Positions 1 through 9,173 of a stretch of 64,000 nucleotides of DNA are shown here, one piece after another. The first letter of the stretch is position 1. Each line of letters opens with the position of its first letter. The notes beneath the pieces were generated by a model. It searched no databases. It had not been told where the DNA came from and saw nothing but the letters and a program-made list of their open reading frames with translations. Made by a program: the position numbers and the translations under genes. This DNA comes from a virus. The DNA is taken from the IMG/VR virus record IMGVR_UViG_3300031774_000001. One strand, written 5' to 3'.

Positions 1-698
1 TGGCAAGTAAATTTTCTTGGGTTGATTTAGATAAAAATAAACTTCCAAAAACAAAAGGTAGACGTATAAACGGTTTTCGTTTTTATGACGTTGATGGTAA
101 AAACTATCCATCTATCACAACAGTTTTAGGTGTACAGAAAAAAGAAGGATTAGATAAGTGGAGAAAAGCAGTTGGTGAAGAAGCAGCCAATTGGGAAATG
201 GGTAGAGCGGCACGAAGAGGTAAAGCAACTCATACACTTGTTGAACAATATTTAAGAGGTGAAACTCCTAGTATTAGGGACGTACTACCTTTGGGTATGT
301 TTAGATTAATGCTACCTTACATAGACCAAATTAATAACATACATTTACTAGAAGAGATTATGTATAGTCATAAATTGACTATTGCAGGTCAAGTAGATTG
401 TGTCGCAGAATACAATGGCAAGTTATCAGTAATAGATTTCAAAACAGCAAACAAAGAACGACAAGAAAGTTGGATAGAAAACTATTATATACAAACTTGT
501 GCTTATGCAATGATGTATGAGGAGATATTCGGTAAACGCATTGACCAATTAGTTATATTAATGGCAGGTGAAGATGGCACTATGCGTTCTTTTGTCAAGG
601 ATAGAAAATTATTTGAACCTAAACTTGAAGAATCTATAAAGTATTTTTATAAATACTATGAAGAACTAAACAAAGATAAAATCAAGCAAAATCATTAA
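1..698 (+). CDS. PD-(D/E)XK exonuclease (Cas4/exonuclease A-like); start codon apparently cut by the window edge
   Basis: Frame is open from the window start (ASKFSWVD...YPSITTVLG). Motifs RRGKATH, AGQVDC, IDFKT and YYIQTCAYA are typical of this T4-like marine phage nuclease. Confidence 0.85.
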   Translation, partial: ASKFSWVDLDKNKLPKTKGRRINGFRFYDVDGKNYPSITTVLGVQKKEGLDKWRKAVGEEAANWEMGRAARRGKATHTLVEQYLRGETPSIRDVLPLGMFRLMLPYIDQINNIHLLEEIMYSHKLTIAGQVDCVAEYNGKLSVIDFKTANKERQESWIENYYIQTCAYAMMYEEIFGKRIDQLVILMAGEDGTMRSFVKDRKLFEPKLEESIKYFYKYYEELNKDKIKQNH

Positions 699-733
699 CA
701 AAGTGGCCTAAATTTTATCCACGAGAGGTCACT

Positions 734-1141
734 ATGTACAAGACAATAATATCACTAATTTTTGGAGCATTACTCTTAATGAGTACTGTTGCTATGGCGG
801 AGCAAACACCAGAAACACCTAATACTATAGAACCATTACAGCCTGAACAAGACCAAATGGCAAAATTATATTGGATGTCAATGCCAGTTATTTGTGGTAA
901 ACAGGAATATGTTGAAGAGTATTTAAAACATCATAAATTTCTAATGGCTAATATGTCAGTTGGAAGAGAGAATGCAAAACCTGAAAACCAAATTGTATAT
1001 TACGTTACCTACTGGATATCAGAAGACTTTTCTCAATCAATAGCAGTAGTAACTAATATGGCAGGTACAGAATCTTGTATGATGTATAAGTCATTTGATT
1101 TACAATGGACTGAACCACCAAGATTAGGGAAAGATTTATAA
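734..1141 (+). CDS. hypothetical exported protein
   Basis: N-terminal signal peptide ending AMA; two Cys; GAGAGG RBS. Confidence 0.7.
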   Translation: MYKTIISLIFGALLLMSTVAMAEQTPETPNTIEPLQPEQDQMAKLYWMSMPVICGKQEYVEEYLKHHKFLMANMSVGRENAKPENQIVYYVTYWISEDFSQSIAVVTNMAGTESCMMYKSFDLQWTEPPRLGKDL

Positions 1142-1149
1142 TGAATTTG

Positions 1150-1395
1150 ACGTTGAAGAATAGATAATAACTAGTGAGGACGTGGGTGCGATTCCCACCA
1201 CCTCCACCAATTCAAAACACATATAATAGTGTGCTTTAAGGGGGTGAGTTAGATTCGACTACTACTAAAACTATTTGGAGTTAAATCGCTGATAGCGTAC
1301 TATCAAAACTATAAAAGCAAACGAAAGTTTAGCTCTTGCTGCCTAGTTACTAGGCAAACGGCGTTGTGTAGTACGTGGCAACAGAAACTACACAC
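1150..1395 (+). ncRNA. ssrA: circularly permuted two-piece tmRNA (alphaproteobacterial type), tag peptide ANESLALAA
   Basis: Acceptor piece first: T-arm GTGGG-TGCGATT-CCCAC (1182-1198), then CACCTCC-ACCA (1199-1209). After an intervening segment comes the 5' end GGGGGTG (1240-1246, G3.U70 Ala determinant) and GATTCGAC. Tag ORF is 1317-1346 with a stop hairpin at 1340-1356, followed by a GGCAACAGAA motif. Outer boundaries are approximate. Confidence 0.95.
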
Positions 1396-1424
1396 TTTAC
1401 ATTTACTAGAAAATATGTTATAGT
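1396..1424 (+). promoter_or_regulatory. sigma70-type promoter for g33 (extended -10)
   Basis: TTTACA-17bp-TATAGT with TGn; ATG 6 nt downstream. Confidence 0.7.
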
Positions 1425-1430
1425 AACACA

Positions 1431-1646
1431 ATGAACTCAAAAGAATTTTCACTAATTATAGAGGACATAGTAAAGAAGCATAAAGAACTATCTTATGTGG
1501 ATGCTATTGTTAAATATTGTGATGAAAATAATATTGAAATTGAAACTACAGCACGTCTAATTACAAAACAACTCAAAGAAAAAATACAACATCAATCAGC
1601 ACAACTAAACCTGTTAAAAGGTGGTAAACCTGGAATGTTGCCATAA
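1431..1646 (+). CDS. g33: late-transcription co-activator gp33
   Basis: FSLIIEDIV...SYVDAIVKYCDENNIEIE...LITKQLKEKI...LNLL pattern; T4 synteny near g59 and g32. Confidence 0.9.
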   Translation: MNSKEFSLIIEDIVKKHKELSYVDAIVKYCDENNIEIETTARLITKQLKEKIQHQSAQLNLLKGGKPGMLP

Positions 1647-1900
1647 TGAAGAAGTATAAAAACTATCAAGCATTTAAAGAATCACTATTAGGTTTTAAAT
1701 TACCTGATTTGTCTTTAGATATAAATGGTCTTAAAAGAATTTCTATACCTACAAGTGATACAATACCAGGTGCGTGTGTAAAAAGAACTTTACCTAAAGT
1801 TACATTACCTGAAGGCAAGACAATTGGTCTAGCATATAACAAAGGTAATTATCAAGTTGTAGATAAATCAGATTTTGAAACTATGGGTAGAAAGATATGA
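1646..1900 (+). CDS. conserved hypothetical phage protein
   Basis: Translationally coupled ORF with a C-terminal AYNKGNYQVV motif. Confidence 0.7.
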   Translation: MKKYKNYQAFKESLLGFKLPDLSLDINGLKRISIPTSDTIPGACVKRTLPKVTLPEGKTIGLAYNKGNYQVVDKSDFETMGRKI

Positions 1901-2514
1901 AAGTAGATTTTATAGATAAAATGGGAAGTGACCTATCAGTAGTAAACGCTGCTAGAGTATCATTTGCAAAAAGAAAAGAAGTACTTGATGAGAAAGATGA
2001 TAAGTTAATTAAATATTTGGCACATTGGGGTCATTGGTCACCATTTGCTCACGCTACAATGTCATTTAGAATTAAGGCACCAATATTTGTTGCAAGACAA
2101 TTAGTTAAACATCAAGTTGGTTTAAGTTGGAATGAAGTGAGTAGAAGATATGTAGATGATGATCCAGAATTTTATATGATAGATGAGTGGAGAAGTAGAC
2201 CAAAGAAGTCTATCAAACAAGGTTCAGGTGATAAACTTATAAAATTTGATATTACTCACGCTGTTGATACAGCAAAAGGAACATATCACTATATGTTAGA
2301 GGAAGGTATTGCACCTGAAATGGCACGTATGATATTACCTCAAAATATGATGACCGAATGGATATGGTCTGGTAGTGTATATGCTTTTAGTAGAGTATGT
2401 AATTTAAGAACTAAATCAAACGCACAAAAAGAAACAGGAAGTGTAGCTGAACAAATGGCAAGTATTATGAGAGAACATTTTCCATTATGCAGTAAGTATT
2501 TGCTTGACAAATAG
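1897..2514 (+). CDS. thyX: FAD-dependent thymidylate synthase
   Basis: VVNAARVSF, HWSPF, ARQLVKH, NEVSRRY, PEMARMILP motifs. Confidence 0.97.
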   Translation: MKVDFIDKMGSDLSVVNAARVSFAKRKEVLDEKDDKLIKYLAHWGHWSPFAHATMSFRIKAPIFVARQLVKHQVGLSWNEVSRRYVDDDPEFYMIDEWRSRPKKSIKQGSGDKLIKFDITHAVDTAKGTYHYMLEEGIAPEMARMILPQNMMTEWIWSGSVYAFSRVCNLRTKSNAQKETGSVAEQMASIMREHFPLCSKYLLDK

Positions 2515-2532
2515 CAGTTATTGGTATATAAT
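2504..2532 (+). promoter_or_regulatory. consensus sigma70 promoter
   Basis: TTGACA-17bp-TATAAT. Confidence 0.85.
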
Positions 2533-2541
2533 GAGAGATAT

Positions 2542-3027
2542 ATGAATATATTTTACCTAGATAAAGACGTTAATAAATCAGCAGAATATCACAACGATAA
2601 GCATTGTGTTAAAATGATACTAGAGTATGCTCAATTACTATGTACTGCTCATTGGGAATTAGATGTATCAAATACAGTAATGAATAATCCTTTAGGGTTG
2701 TATAGACCTACACATAAAAATCATCCAAGTGCTATATGGGTTAGAAAATCAAAAGCGAACTACGAATACTTGTATAGATTATTTAATGCTCTATGTAATG
2801 AGTACACACATAGATATGGCAAGACACATTTAACATATAAAAAATTACATAACGTTTTAGCCACACCACCACAAAATATACCAGATAAAGAATTTACAGA
2901 ACCAACACCTGCTATGCCAAAAGATGTTAGGAATAGTGATAGTCTAAAAGCGTATAGAGATTATTATAAGAAATACAAATCACACCTTGCAGTATGGACT
3001 AAAAGAGATACGCCTAGTTGGTATTAA
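2542..3027 (+). CDS. pyrimidine-dimer DNA glycosylase / endonuclease V-like protein
   Basis: MNIFYLD...HNDKHCVKMILEYAQLLCTAH, THKNHPSAIWVR, EYTHRYGK and AYRDYY motifs; start reassigned to ATG 2542. Confidence 0.8.
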   Translation: MNIFYLDKDVNKSAEYHNDKHCVKMILEYAQLLCTAHWELDVSNTVMNNPLGLYRPTHKNHPSAIWVRKSKANYEYLYRLFNALCNEYTHRYGKTHLTYKKLHNVLATPPQNIPDKEFTEPTPAMPKDVRNSDSLKAYRDYYKKYKSHLAVWTKRDTPSWY

Positions 3028-3028
3028 T

Positions 3029-3652
3029 ATGGCATATGGTGGCTTTGATGTATATAAAATATATCTAGGTGTTAAGTTACATTTTACAACAGACACCTAC
3101 GACTATTATAAATATAGTGGAAAGGTAAATGCAACATTGGATTCATTTACTAAACGGAAAGATAGATACTTCTTCTACAAGTTATCTACAAGATATAGTC
3201 CAAGTGAAGTGCTTGAATTCTTTGTAAGTAATTTTGTTGACGATAGTAAGAAATGGATTGGTAACTTATTAAATGACGATGGACACAAAACCTACCTCAA
3301 TTACAGAAAATATTTTGAGTCTTTTGACTACAGTTTACGAAACAGTATTAATAGTATTGTTTATGACTTTAGCAGGAGGGGCATTTCTTTTGATGATGGT
3401 TTCAGCGTGGTTAATGGGCAACATCCAAGAATGCTACGCTTACTTATTCAAAGGAGAATTAATTTCCCAACCGCCATCATACTCGACTCGGTTCTTAATT
3501 TTATCAAAAACTGGGATAAACAAATTACGGAAAAAGTTGTGTGGCCTGATATGTCCAGAAAACTCAAAAAAATGAAACCATTTATATCATTTAATAGAAC
3601 TAAAGCAAAATTAATAATGAAGGAGATTATAACTAGTGAACTCAAATCTTAA
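3029..3652 (+). CDS. g59: helicase loader gp59
   Basis: VYKIYLGVKLHFTTDTYDY, F.KRKDRYFFYKLS, HP.LL..L; start reassigned to ATG 3029. Confidence 0.92.
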   Translation: MAYGGFDVYKIYLGVKLHFTTDTYDYYKYSGKVNATLDSFTKRKDRYFFYKLSTRYSPSEVLEFFVSNFVDDSKKWIGNLLNDDGHKTYLNYRKYFESFDYSLRNSINSIVYDFSRRGISFDDGFSVVNGQHPRMLRLLIQRRINFPTAIILDSVLNFIKNWDKQITEKVVWPDMSRKLKKMKPFISFNRTKAKLIMKEIITSELKS

Positions 3653-3731
3653 AAAGAAAATAAACGGCACGTGGACTATACAAGAAATATTAGAAGCAAT
3701 GGAGGTAATATTAAATGGAAGAGTTAAGTAG
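3636..3731 (+). CDS. small hypothetical protein (31 aa, GTG start)
   Basis: AGGAG RBS at 3621; fills the gap between g59 and the next ORF. Confidence 0.35.
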   Translation: MNSNLKKKINGTWTIQEILEAMEVILNGRVK

Positions 3732-4269
3732 AACATATGAAGTCATAGATAACTTCTTACAACCAACGGTGTTTGATAAGATGAAGAAAACAATAATGGG
3801 TAATTACTTTCCTTGGTTTCATTATGATGAAATTGTAAGAGAGAACGAACATAAAAAAGATTTAACATTTTATTCAATGCATATGTTATATGATAATGAC
3901 AGACCAACATTTCAGAATTCTTTTGAACTAATGGATCCAGTCTTGGGTGAGTTAATGAAACTTGATGACCCTAGATTTCGTATGAATACTTTAATAAGAG
4001 TAAAAATTAATAACTATCCAAATCAAGGTACATTTAGAGAACATACTAAGCATACAGATTGGCCGAGTAAGGGTGGTTTAAACCGTAAGGCGTGTTTATT
4101 TGCTATAAACACTTGCGATGGATATACCAAGATAGATGATGGAAAAGATTCAGTTAAAATTGATAGTAAAGAAAATAGAGCAATATTATTTGATCCAAGT
4201 ATTCCTCATTGCAGTACAAATACAACAAATGATACAAGGAGAGTTAATATAAACTTTAACTATTTTTAA
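3715..4269 (+). CDS. 2OG-Fe(II) oxygenase-like protein
   Basis: HTD...H...R facial-triad and 2OG-binding pattern; VIDNFL start. Confidence 0.8.
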   Translation: MEELSRTYEVIDNFLQPTVFDKMKKTIMGNYFPWFHYDEIVRENEHKKDLTFYSMHMLYDNDRPTFQNSFELMDPVLGELMKLDDPRFRMNTLIRVKINNYPNQGTFREHTKHTDWPSKGGLNRKACLFAINTCDGYTKIDDGKDSVKIDSKENRAILFDPSIPHCSTNTTNDTRRVNINFNYF

Positions 4270-4796
4270 TGGAACATATAGTAATAGACAATTTTTTAGA
4301 TAAGAAAGATTTTGAAGACATACAATCAAAGGTAATGGGTAGATACTTTCCTTGGTTTTATTATGATACAATAGTAAAAGAATCCGAAAGAGGTCAAATA
4401 GGTAATCAATTTTTTAATATGCATATGTTATATGATAATGATAGACCAACATTTAATACATCTTTTGAATTAATGGATCCAATTTTGAATAAATTATTTC
4501 AACGTGATGATGATTTTAAGTTGAGAACTTTAGTAAGAGTAAAAATAAATTCATATCCAAATCAAAATAAATTTATTGAACATAGTATGCACCAAGATTT
4601 TCCACCTAGTAAACTACCATATAAGACGTGTCTATTCTGTTTAAACACTTGCGATGGATATACAAAACTTGAAGACGGTACTAAAATTGATAGTATTGCT
4701 AATAGAGCAATCTTTTTTGATCCAACTTTTGAACATTGTAGTACAAACACAACAGACCAACCACGGAGAGTTAATATAAACTTTAACTATTTTTAA
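4269..4796 (+). CDS. 2OG-Fe(II) oxygenase-like protein (tandem paralog)
   Basis: HQD...H...R; highly similar to the upstream ORF. Confidence 0.8.
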   Translation: MEHIVIDNFLDKKDFEDIQSKVMGRYFPWFYYDTIVKESERGQIGNQFFNMHMLYDNDRPTFNTSFELMDPILNKLFQRDDDFKLRTLVRVKINSYPNQNKFIEHSMHQDFPPSKLPYKTCLFCLNTCDGYTKLEDGTKIDSIANRAIFFDPTFEHCSTNTTDQPRRVNINFNYF

Positions 4797-4797
4797 T

Positions 4798-5703
4798 ATG
4801 ATAATGACAGATAAAGACGCTGACGATTATTATAAAATGATAAAAGAACTAGAAACAGAAAAGAAGTCTGCTAGAGTATTCTGTATTGGTAATGGTGAAA
4901 GTAGAATTGGTATAGATTTAAATAAGTATAAACAATTTGGTAAGATATATGGTTGCAATGCCATTTATAGAGATTATCCGAACTTATGTGATGTGTTAAC
5001 TGGTGTAGACCACGGCATAGTCCACGAAATGTACCACGCTGGTATGGCACAAAAGATACCTTGTTATTTTAGAAATTGGACTAAAGTGCCTGCTCAATCA
5101 TATGACGCAGTTATGGAAAGTGGAGTACCTAAAGAAGATTTAGAACTAGCAAAGAAACTTGGTGGTATAGTCAGTAATGAACGAGGTGATAGTAAAGAAT
5201 ATGTTTTACACGGTGCTAATTTAAAAGGTGTAGTGAGTATATTAAAAAAAGATGGTGCAGTTACTAAACAAAATGTCCTTAATTCAACAGTTAAAGTCAG
5301 TTGGATAAAAGAACCAGATTACTCACACTCAATAGACGATATAAGCGACCCTAGAGACCACGGTTGGGCTTGTGGTCCTTCTTCTGGTTTAGTTGCAGTT
5401 AAAAGAGAGAAACCTTGTGAAGTGTATATAATAGGACACGATTTATATAGCCATAATGATAAGATTAACAATATATACAAGAGTACCAAGCATTATACAG
5501 CCAAAGATAACAGTCCAACACCAGCTATTAACTGGATTAATCAATGGAAGATGTTAGCGGAATGGTATCCAGACATACATTTCTATAAAGTCAATAGATA
5601 TAATGATGGTAGAGATAAGGTAAATGGAAAGATTGAAGAGTGGAAAAATCTATCAAATATTAAGTACATAGATTATACCACACTTGACAATATGCTCAAA
5701 TAA
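4798..5703 (+). CDS. conserved phage protein with DUF115/sialyltransferase-like GNGxS nucleotide-binding motif
   Basis: CIGNGESR, IYGCNAIYRD, GWACG and YIIGHD motifs. Confidence 0.55.
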   Translation: MIMTDKDADDYYKMIKELETEKKSARVFCIGNGESRIGIDLNKYKQFGKIYGCNAIYRDYPNLCDVLTGVDHGIVHEMYHAGMAQKIPCYFRNWTKVPAQSYDAVMESGVPKEDLELAKKLGGIVSNERGDSKEYVLHGANLKGVVSILKKDGAVTKQNVLNSTVKVSWIKEPDYSHSIDDISDPRDHGWACGPSSGLVAVKREKPCEVYIIGHDLYSHNDKINNIYKSTKHYTAKDNSPTPAINWINQWKMLAEWYPDIHFYKVNRYNDGRDKVNGKIEEWKNLSNIKYIDYTTLDNMLK

Positions 5704-5734
5704 TGTTATTATGAACATAATGAGTGTATAAATA
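5684..5734 (+). promoter_or_regulatory. tandem sigma70 and T4 late promoters of g32
   Basis: TTGACA(5684)-17bp-TATTAT with extended TG; TATAAATA at 5727-5734. Confidence 0.75.
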
Positions 5735-5800
5735 ATAATGAACCCGATAATATAGGGTACACAAATACAACGAATATGTTAATACAAGGAGATAATACAT

Positions 5801-6691
5801 ATGGATTTTGAAACATTAAAATCATCATCAAGTAACTTTGATAAGATTACAAAGGCACTTGAAAAGAACCTCGGTCCCGAGGATCAAGCAAACAAAAACA
5901 AGTATCAAGACGATAGACTTTGGAAACCAGAGTTAGATAAAACTGGTAACGGTTATGCTGTTATTAGATTTTTACCTGCTTCTAATGGCGAAGAAATGCC
6001 TTGGCAAAGAGTATGGTCACACGCATTTCAAGACAAAGGCGGTTGGTACATTGAAAATTCATTAACAACTTTAAATTCTAAAGATCCAGTTAGTGAAGAT
6101 AATACTAGATTATGGAATACAGGTGTAGATAGTGATAAGGATATTGCTCGTAAGAGAAAAAGAAAATTATCATATTATTCTAACATTTATATTGTAAGTG
6201 ATCCAAAACATCCTGAAAATGAAGGCAAAGTTTTCTTATACAAATTTGGTAAAAAGATATTTGATAAGATATCAGAAGCAATGCAACCTCAATTTGCGGA
6301 TGAAAAGGCAATCAACCCATTTGATTTTTGGAAAGGTGCAAACTTTAAACTAAAAATTAGAAAAGTTGATGGTTATTGGAACTACGACAAATCTGAATTT
6401 GAAGGTGTTACGCCAGTAGCAAGTGAAGATACTGCTATAAAAGAGATATGGGCGAAACAATATCCTTTAAAACCTTTTGTAGACCCTAGTAATTTTAAAA
6501 CCTATGACGAACTCAAAGAGAAACTGAATAGGGTAATTATGGGTACACAAAGCACCGAAACTGTTGAAACAGTTGACCTCCCACAACAGACCAATGGTCA
6601 GGTGAAAAGTACTAACGTTGTGAACTCTAAACCTGCTAGTGAGGAAGACGACACATTGTCTTATTTTAGCAAATTGGCAGACGAAGAGTAA
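5801..6691 (+). CDS. g32: single-stranded DNA-binding protein gp32
   Basis: DDRLWKPELDKTGNGYAVIRFLPA, FDFWKGANFKLKIRKV, acidic tail LSYFSKLADEE. Confidence 0.98.
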   Translation: MDFETLKSSSSNFDKITKALEKNLGPEDQANKNKYQDDRLWKPELDKTGNGYAVIRFLPASNGEEMPWQRVWSHAFQDKGGWYIENSLTTLNSKDPVSEDNTRLWNTGVDSDKDIARKRKRKLSYYSNIYIVSDPKHPENEGKVFLYKFGKKIFDKISEAMQPQFADEKAINPFDFWKGANFKLKIRKVDGYWNYDKSEFEGVTPVASEDTAIKEIWAKQYPLKPFVDPSNFKTYDELKEKLNRVIMGTQSTETVETVDLPQQTNGQVKSTNVVNSKPASEEDDTLSYFSKLADEE

Positions 6692-6723
6692 ACCTTTCTC
6701 TCTCAAATAAACGTTAAAACTTC

Positions 6724-6752
6724 AAGGGCACCTAGTAATAGGTGCCCTTTTT
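6724..6752 (+). terminator. rho-independent terminator
   Basis: AAGGGCACCTA-GTAA-TAGGTGCCCTT followed by a T-run. Confidence 0.9.
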
Positions 6753-6755
6753 CAT

Positions 6756-6763
6756 TATAAATA
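6756..6763 (+). promoter_or_regulatory. T4-type late promoter
   Basis: TATAAATA 5 nt before the g2 ATG. Confidence 0.85.
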
Positions 6764-6768
6764 GTAGT

Positions 6769-7323
6769 ATGGCAAATATATTTGAACCACTAAAAGACAG
6801 GCAAGCAGGTGTACTAAAGTCAGCATCCTGGTATAGGAATGCAGTACAAAGTATAGCAAATAAAGCAACTGCTACTGGTCTTATGCGACAAGGTAAACTG
6901 AATAGTAGACCTAGTGCTGGACGTTTGAATATGTATTTTTACGACCCTAAAACTAAAAAGAAATTACCATACTATGATACATTTCCATTAGTTTTACCAG
7001 TAGATACATTTAGAGGCGGTTTTGTTGGATTAAATTTTCATTATTTACCATACATAATGAGATTTAGATTATTACAAGAAATACAAAGATATGCTAGTAA
7101 TACGCAGTTTGATAGTACAACAAAAATAATGGCAACGTATTCTACACTTAAAAATATACCTTTGATTAAACCAACAATTAAGAAATATTTGTGGCGACAC
7201 ATAAGGTCAAACTTTTTAAGAGTAGACGCAGATGAAATGGCGATGGCAGTATATCTACCAGTACAACAATTTAAAAAGGCAACAGCTAGTCAAGTTTTTG
7301 CTGATAGTAGGAGAGCAATCTGA
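6769..7323 (+). CDS. g2: DNA end protector protein gp2
   Basis: GRLNMYFYDPKTKKKLPYYDTFPLVLP, GLNFHYLP, PTIKKYL; start reassigned to ATG 6769. Confidence 0.93.
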   Translation: MANIFEPLKDRQAGVLKSASWYRNAVQSIANKATATGLMRQGKLNSRPSAGRLNMYFYDPKTKKKLPYYDTFPLVLPVDTFRGGFVGLNFHYLPYIMRFRLLQEIQRYASNTQFDSTTKIMATYSTLKNIPLIKPTIKKYLWRHIRSNFLRVDADEMAMAVYLPVQQFKKATASQVFADSRRAI

Positions 7324-7329
7324 TAAGAA

Positions 7330-7467
7330 ATGGCAAAGAGAACATTATGGAGAGTTATGATAGTAAAGTTAAGAATGTGGTACGCTGACGTTAGGGGTCA
7401 TCACGGACATAAATGGAACTACGAACCATCCGAGCATTATATGGGTAGAAACAAAAACAGGAAATAG
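7330..7467 (+). CDS. small basic hypothetical protein (45 aa, MAKRTLWRVM...GHHGHKWNYEPS)
   Basis: Fills the gap between g2 and g54 exactly; not in the ORF track. Confidence 0.6.
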   Translation: MAKRTLWRVMIVKLRMWYADVRGHHGHKWNYEPSEHYMGRNKNRK

Positions 7468-7469
7468 AT

Positions 7470-8411
7470 ATGGCAATATTTAGAGCAGGTAAACGTATCG
7501 GTAATATGGACATAAGAGTTGGTCTACCGAGAGATAGAACATTAGATAATGTTGAAGGCGATAAAAGATTAAAAAGACAACCTGGAACCAATCCACAAAC
7601 ATCTATTGGTAGATTTGTGTCTGAAATTAATAGAGGCGAAGGTATTGCTAGAGCAAATAGATTTTTAATTAGATTATATCCACCTAAACAAGTTTATTCT
7701 ACTGACTTTGATAGAGTAGATACATTACAATCAAACGATATGATAAAAAATGTTGAGTTGATGTGTACGTCTGTTGCATTACCTCATAGGGATGTATTAA
7801 CAGAAAATTTTGTAACTTATGGTCCAGGTAGAAAAATGCCATATGCATATGGTTATGGATCAAAAATTGAATGTATGTTTATGGGAGATAAGTTTTTAAG
7901 ACAAAGAGCATTTTTTGAAACTTGGCAAGGTAAAATGCATAGTCTTGATACACACAATTTACAATACTATGATAATTACATAGGGTCTATGGAAATTTAT
8001 CAGTTAGGACAATATAGAGAAACAGACCAAGATACAGGCTATAGTGATAACTATAGATTGACTTATGGTGTAAGATTGCACGAAGTATATCCAGAAACAA
8101 TTGGAGAGATACAGTATCAATCACTAACAGATGATCCAATACCTATGGACATACCTATAAGTTTTGCATTTAGAACTTGGGAGAATATAACATTAGACGC
8201 ATTAAATAATGTTAAATTTGGACAAGGAGTACCAGATATGCCTAACATTAAACCTGCTAAGAACTATGGTATATTTGGAGGCATATTAGGTAAAATGCCA
8301 CCAGAGATTAAAAGAGCAAGTAAACAAGTTATTGAGAAAATTAGAAGAGATATTCCAATTGGTAAGAGTACAGGAGGCAGGGTATATCCACCATTTGTGA
8401 TAAATAAGTAA
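7470..8411 (+). CDS. g54: baseplate-tail tube initiator (gp54/gp19-like)
   Basis: G.ARANRF, C..V.LP, YGPGRKMPY, FFETWQ, YYDNY.G..EIYQL, L.EVYP motifs. Confidence 0.8.
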   Translation: MAIFRAGKRIGNMDIRVGLPRDRTLDNVEGDKRLKRQPGTNPQTSIGRFVSEINRGEGIARANRFLIRLYPPKQVYSTDFDRVDTLQSNDMIKNVELMCTSVALPHRDVLTENFVTYGPGRKMPYAYGYGSKIECMFMGDKFLRQRAFFETWQGKMHSLDTHNLQYYDNYIGSMEIYQLGQYRETDQDTGYSDNYRLTYGVRLHEVYPETIGEIQYQSLTDDPIPMDIPISFAFRTWENITLDALNNVKFGQGVPDMPNIKPAKNYGIFGGILGKMPPEIKRASKQVIEKIRRDIPIGKSTGGRVYPPFVINK

Positions 8412-8432
8412 TATAATATAAAGGAGTAAATT

Positions 8433-9173
8433 ATGGCATTGCCTATATTAGAAACAGCGACATATGAATTGACATTACCATCTAAAGATGTTAAAGTGAA
8501 ATTCAGACCTTTCCTTGTAAAAGAGGAAAAGATATTGCTACAAGCATTAGAGTCAGATAACAATAAAGAAATGGTTACGGCTTTAAAACAAATAGTACAC
8601 GCTTGTACTTTTGGTTCTGTAGATATCAATACACTACCTATATTTGATGTAGAGTATATATTTTTACAGATAAGGTCAAAATCAGTTGGTGAAATAACAA
8701 AACTTAAATTGTTATGTCCTGATGATAAGAAAACTTATGCAGAAGTAGAAATTGATTTATCTAAAGTGGAAGTCCACGTAGATGAAGACCATACTAATAA
8801 TATTGTGGTTGATGAGGATAAAAAGATAGGGTTGATTATGAGTTATCCTACCATTAATTCCGTTGATCCTGAAAATGTTGGTAAAAAGAATATGAAAACC
8901 AAGCAGATGTTTGAATTGCTAGCCAATTCAGTATATCAAGTGTATGAAGGCGACAAAATACACGCTGTTGGTGATTATACTAAAGCAGAATTGCATAAAT
9001 TTTTAGAGAGTTTAGACAGTAAAGCATACAAGAAAATCAATGATTTCTTTGATAGTATGCCTAAACTTAAGCAAGACGTAGAATTAGAGAATCCTAAAAC
9101 GAAAGTTAAGACAACGCTTACGTTATCTGGATTACAGGATTTTTTCGTATTGCCCTCTCTCACGAATCGTTAG
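8433..9173 (+). CDS. g26: baseplate hub assembly chaperone gp26
   Basis: MALP...YELTLPS...FRPFLVKEEKILL, DVEYIFLQIRSKSVGE, FFDSMPKL, GLQDFF. Confidence 0.93.
   Translation: MALPILETATYELTLPSKDVKVKFRPFLVKEEKILLQALESDNNKEMVTALKQIVHACTFGSVDINTLPIFDVEYIFLQIRSKSVGEITKLKLLCPDDKKTYAEVEIDLSKVEVHVDEDHTNNIVVDEDKKIGLIMSYPTINSVDPENVGKKNMKTKQMFELLANSVYQVYEGDKIHAVGDYTKAELHKFLESLDSKAYKKINDFFDSMPKLKQDVELENPKTKVKTTLTLSGLQDFFVLPSLTNR

Noticed and set aside
1-698. Cas4 as evidence of a CRISPR system
   Set aside because: Solo PD-(D/E)XK nuclease common in T4-like phages; no array or other cas genes, and no Fe-S cysteine set seen
1172-1209. Stand-alone tRNA ending in CCA
   Set aside because: No D or anticodon arm upstream; it is the acceptor piece of the permuted tmRNA
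3273-3575. Alternative-frame ORF inside g59
   Set aside because: Fully nested in a conserved gene; no recognisable product
3715-4797. DGR template/variable repeat pair
   Set aside because: Both copies are coding, differences are not confined to adenines, and there is no reverse transcriptase in the window
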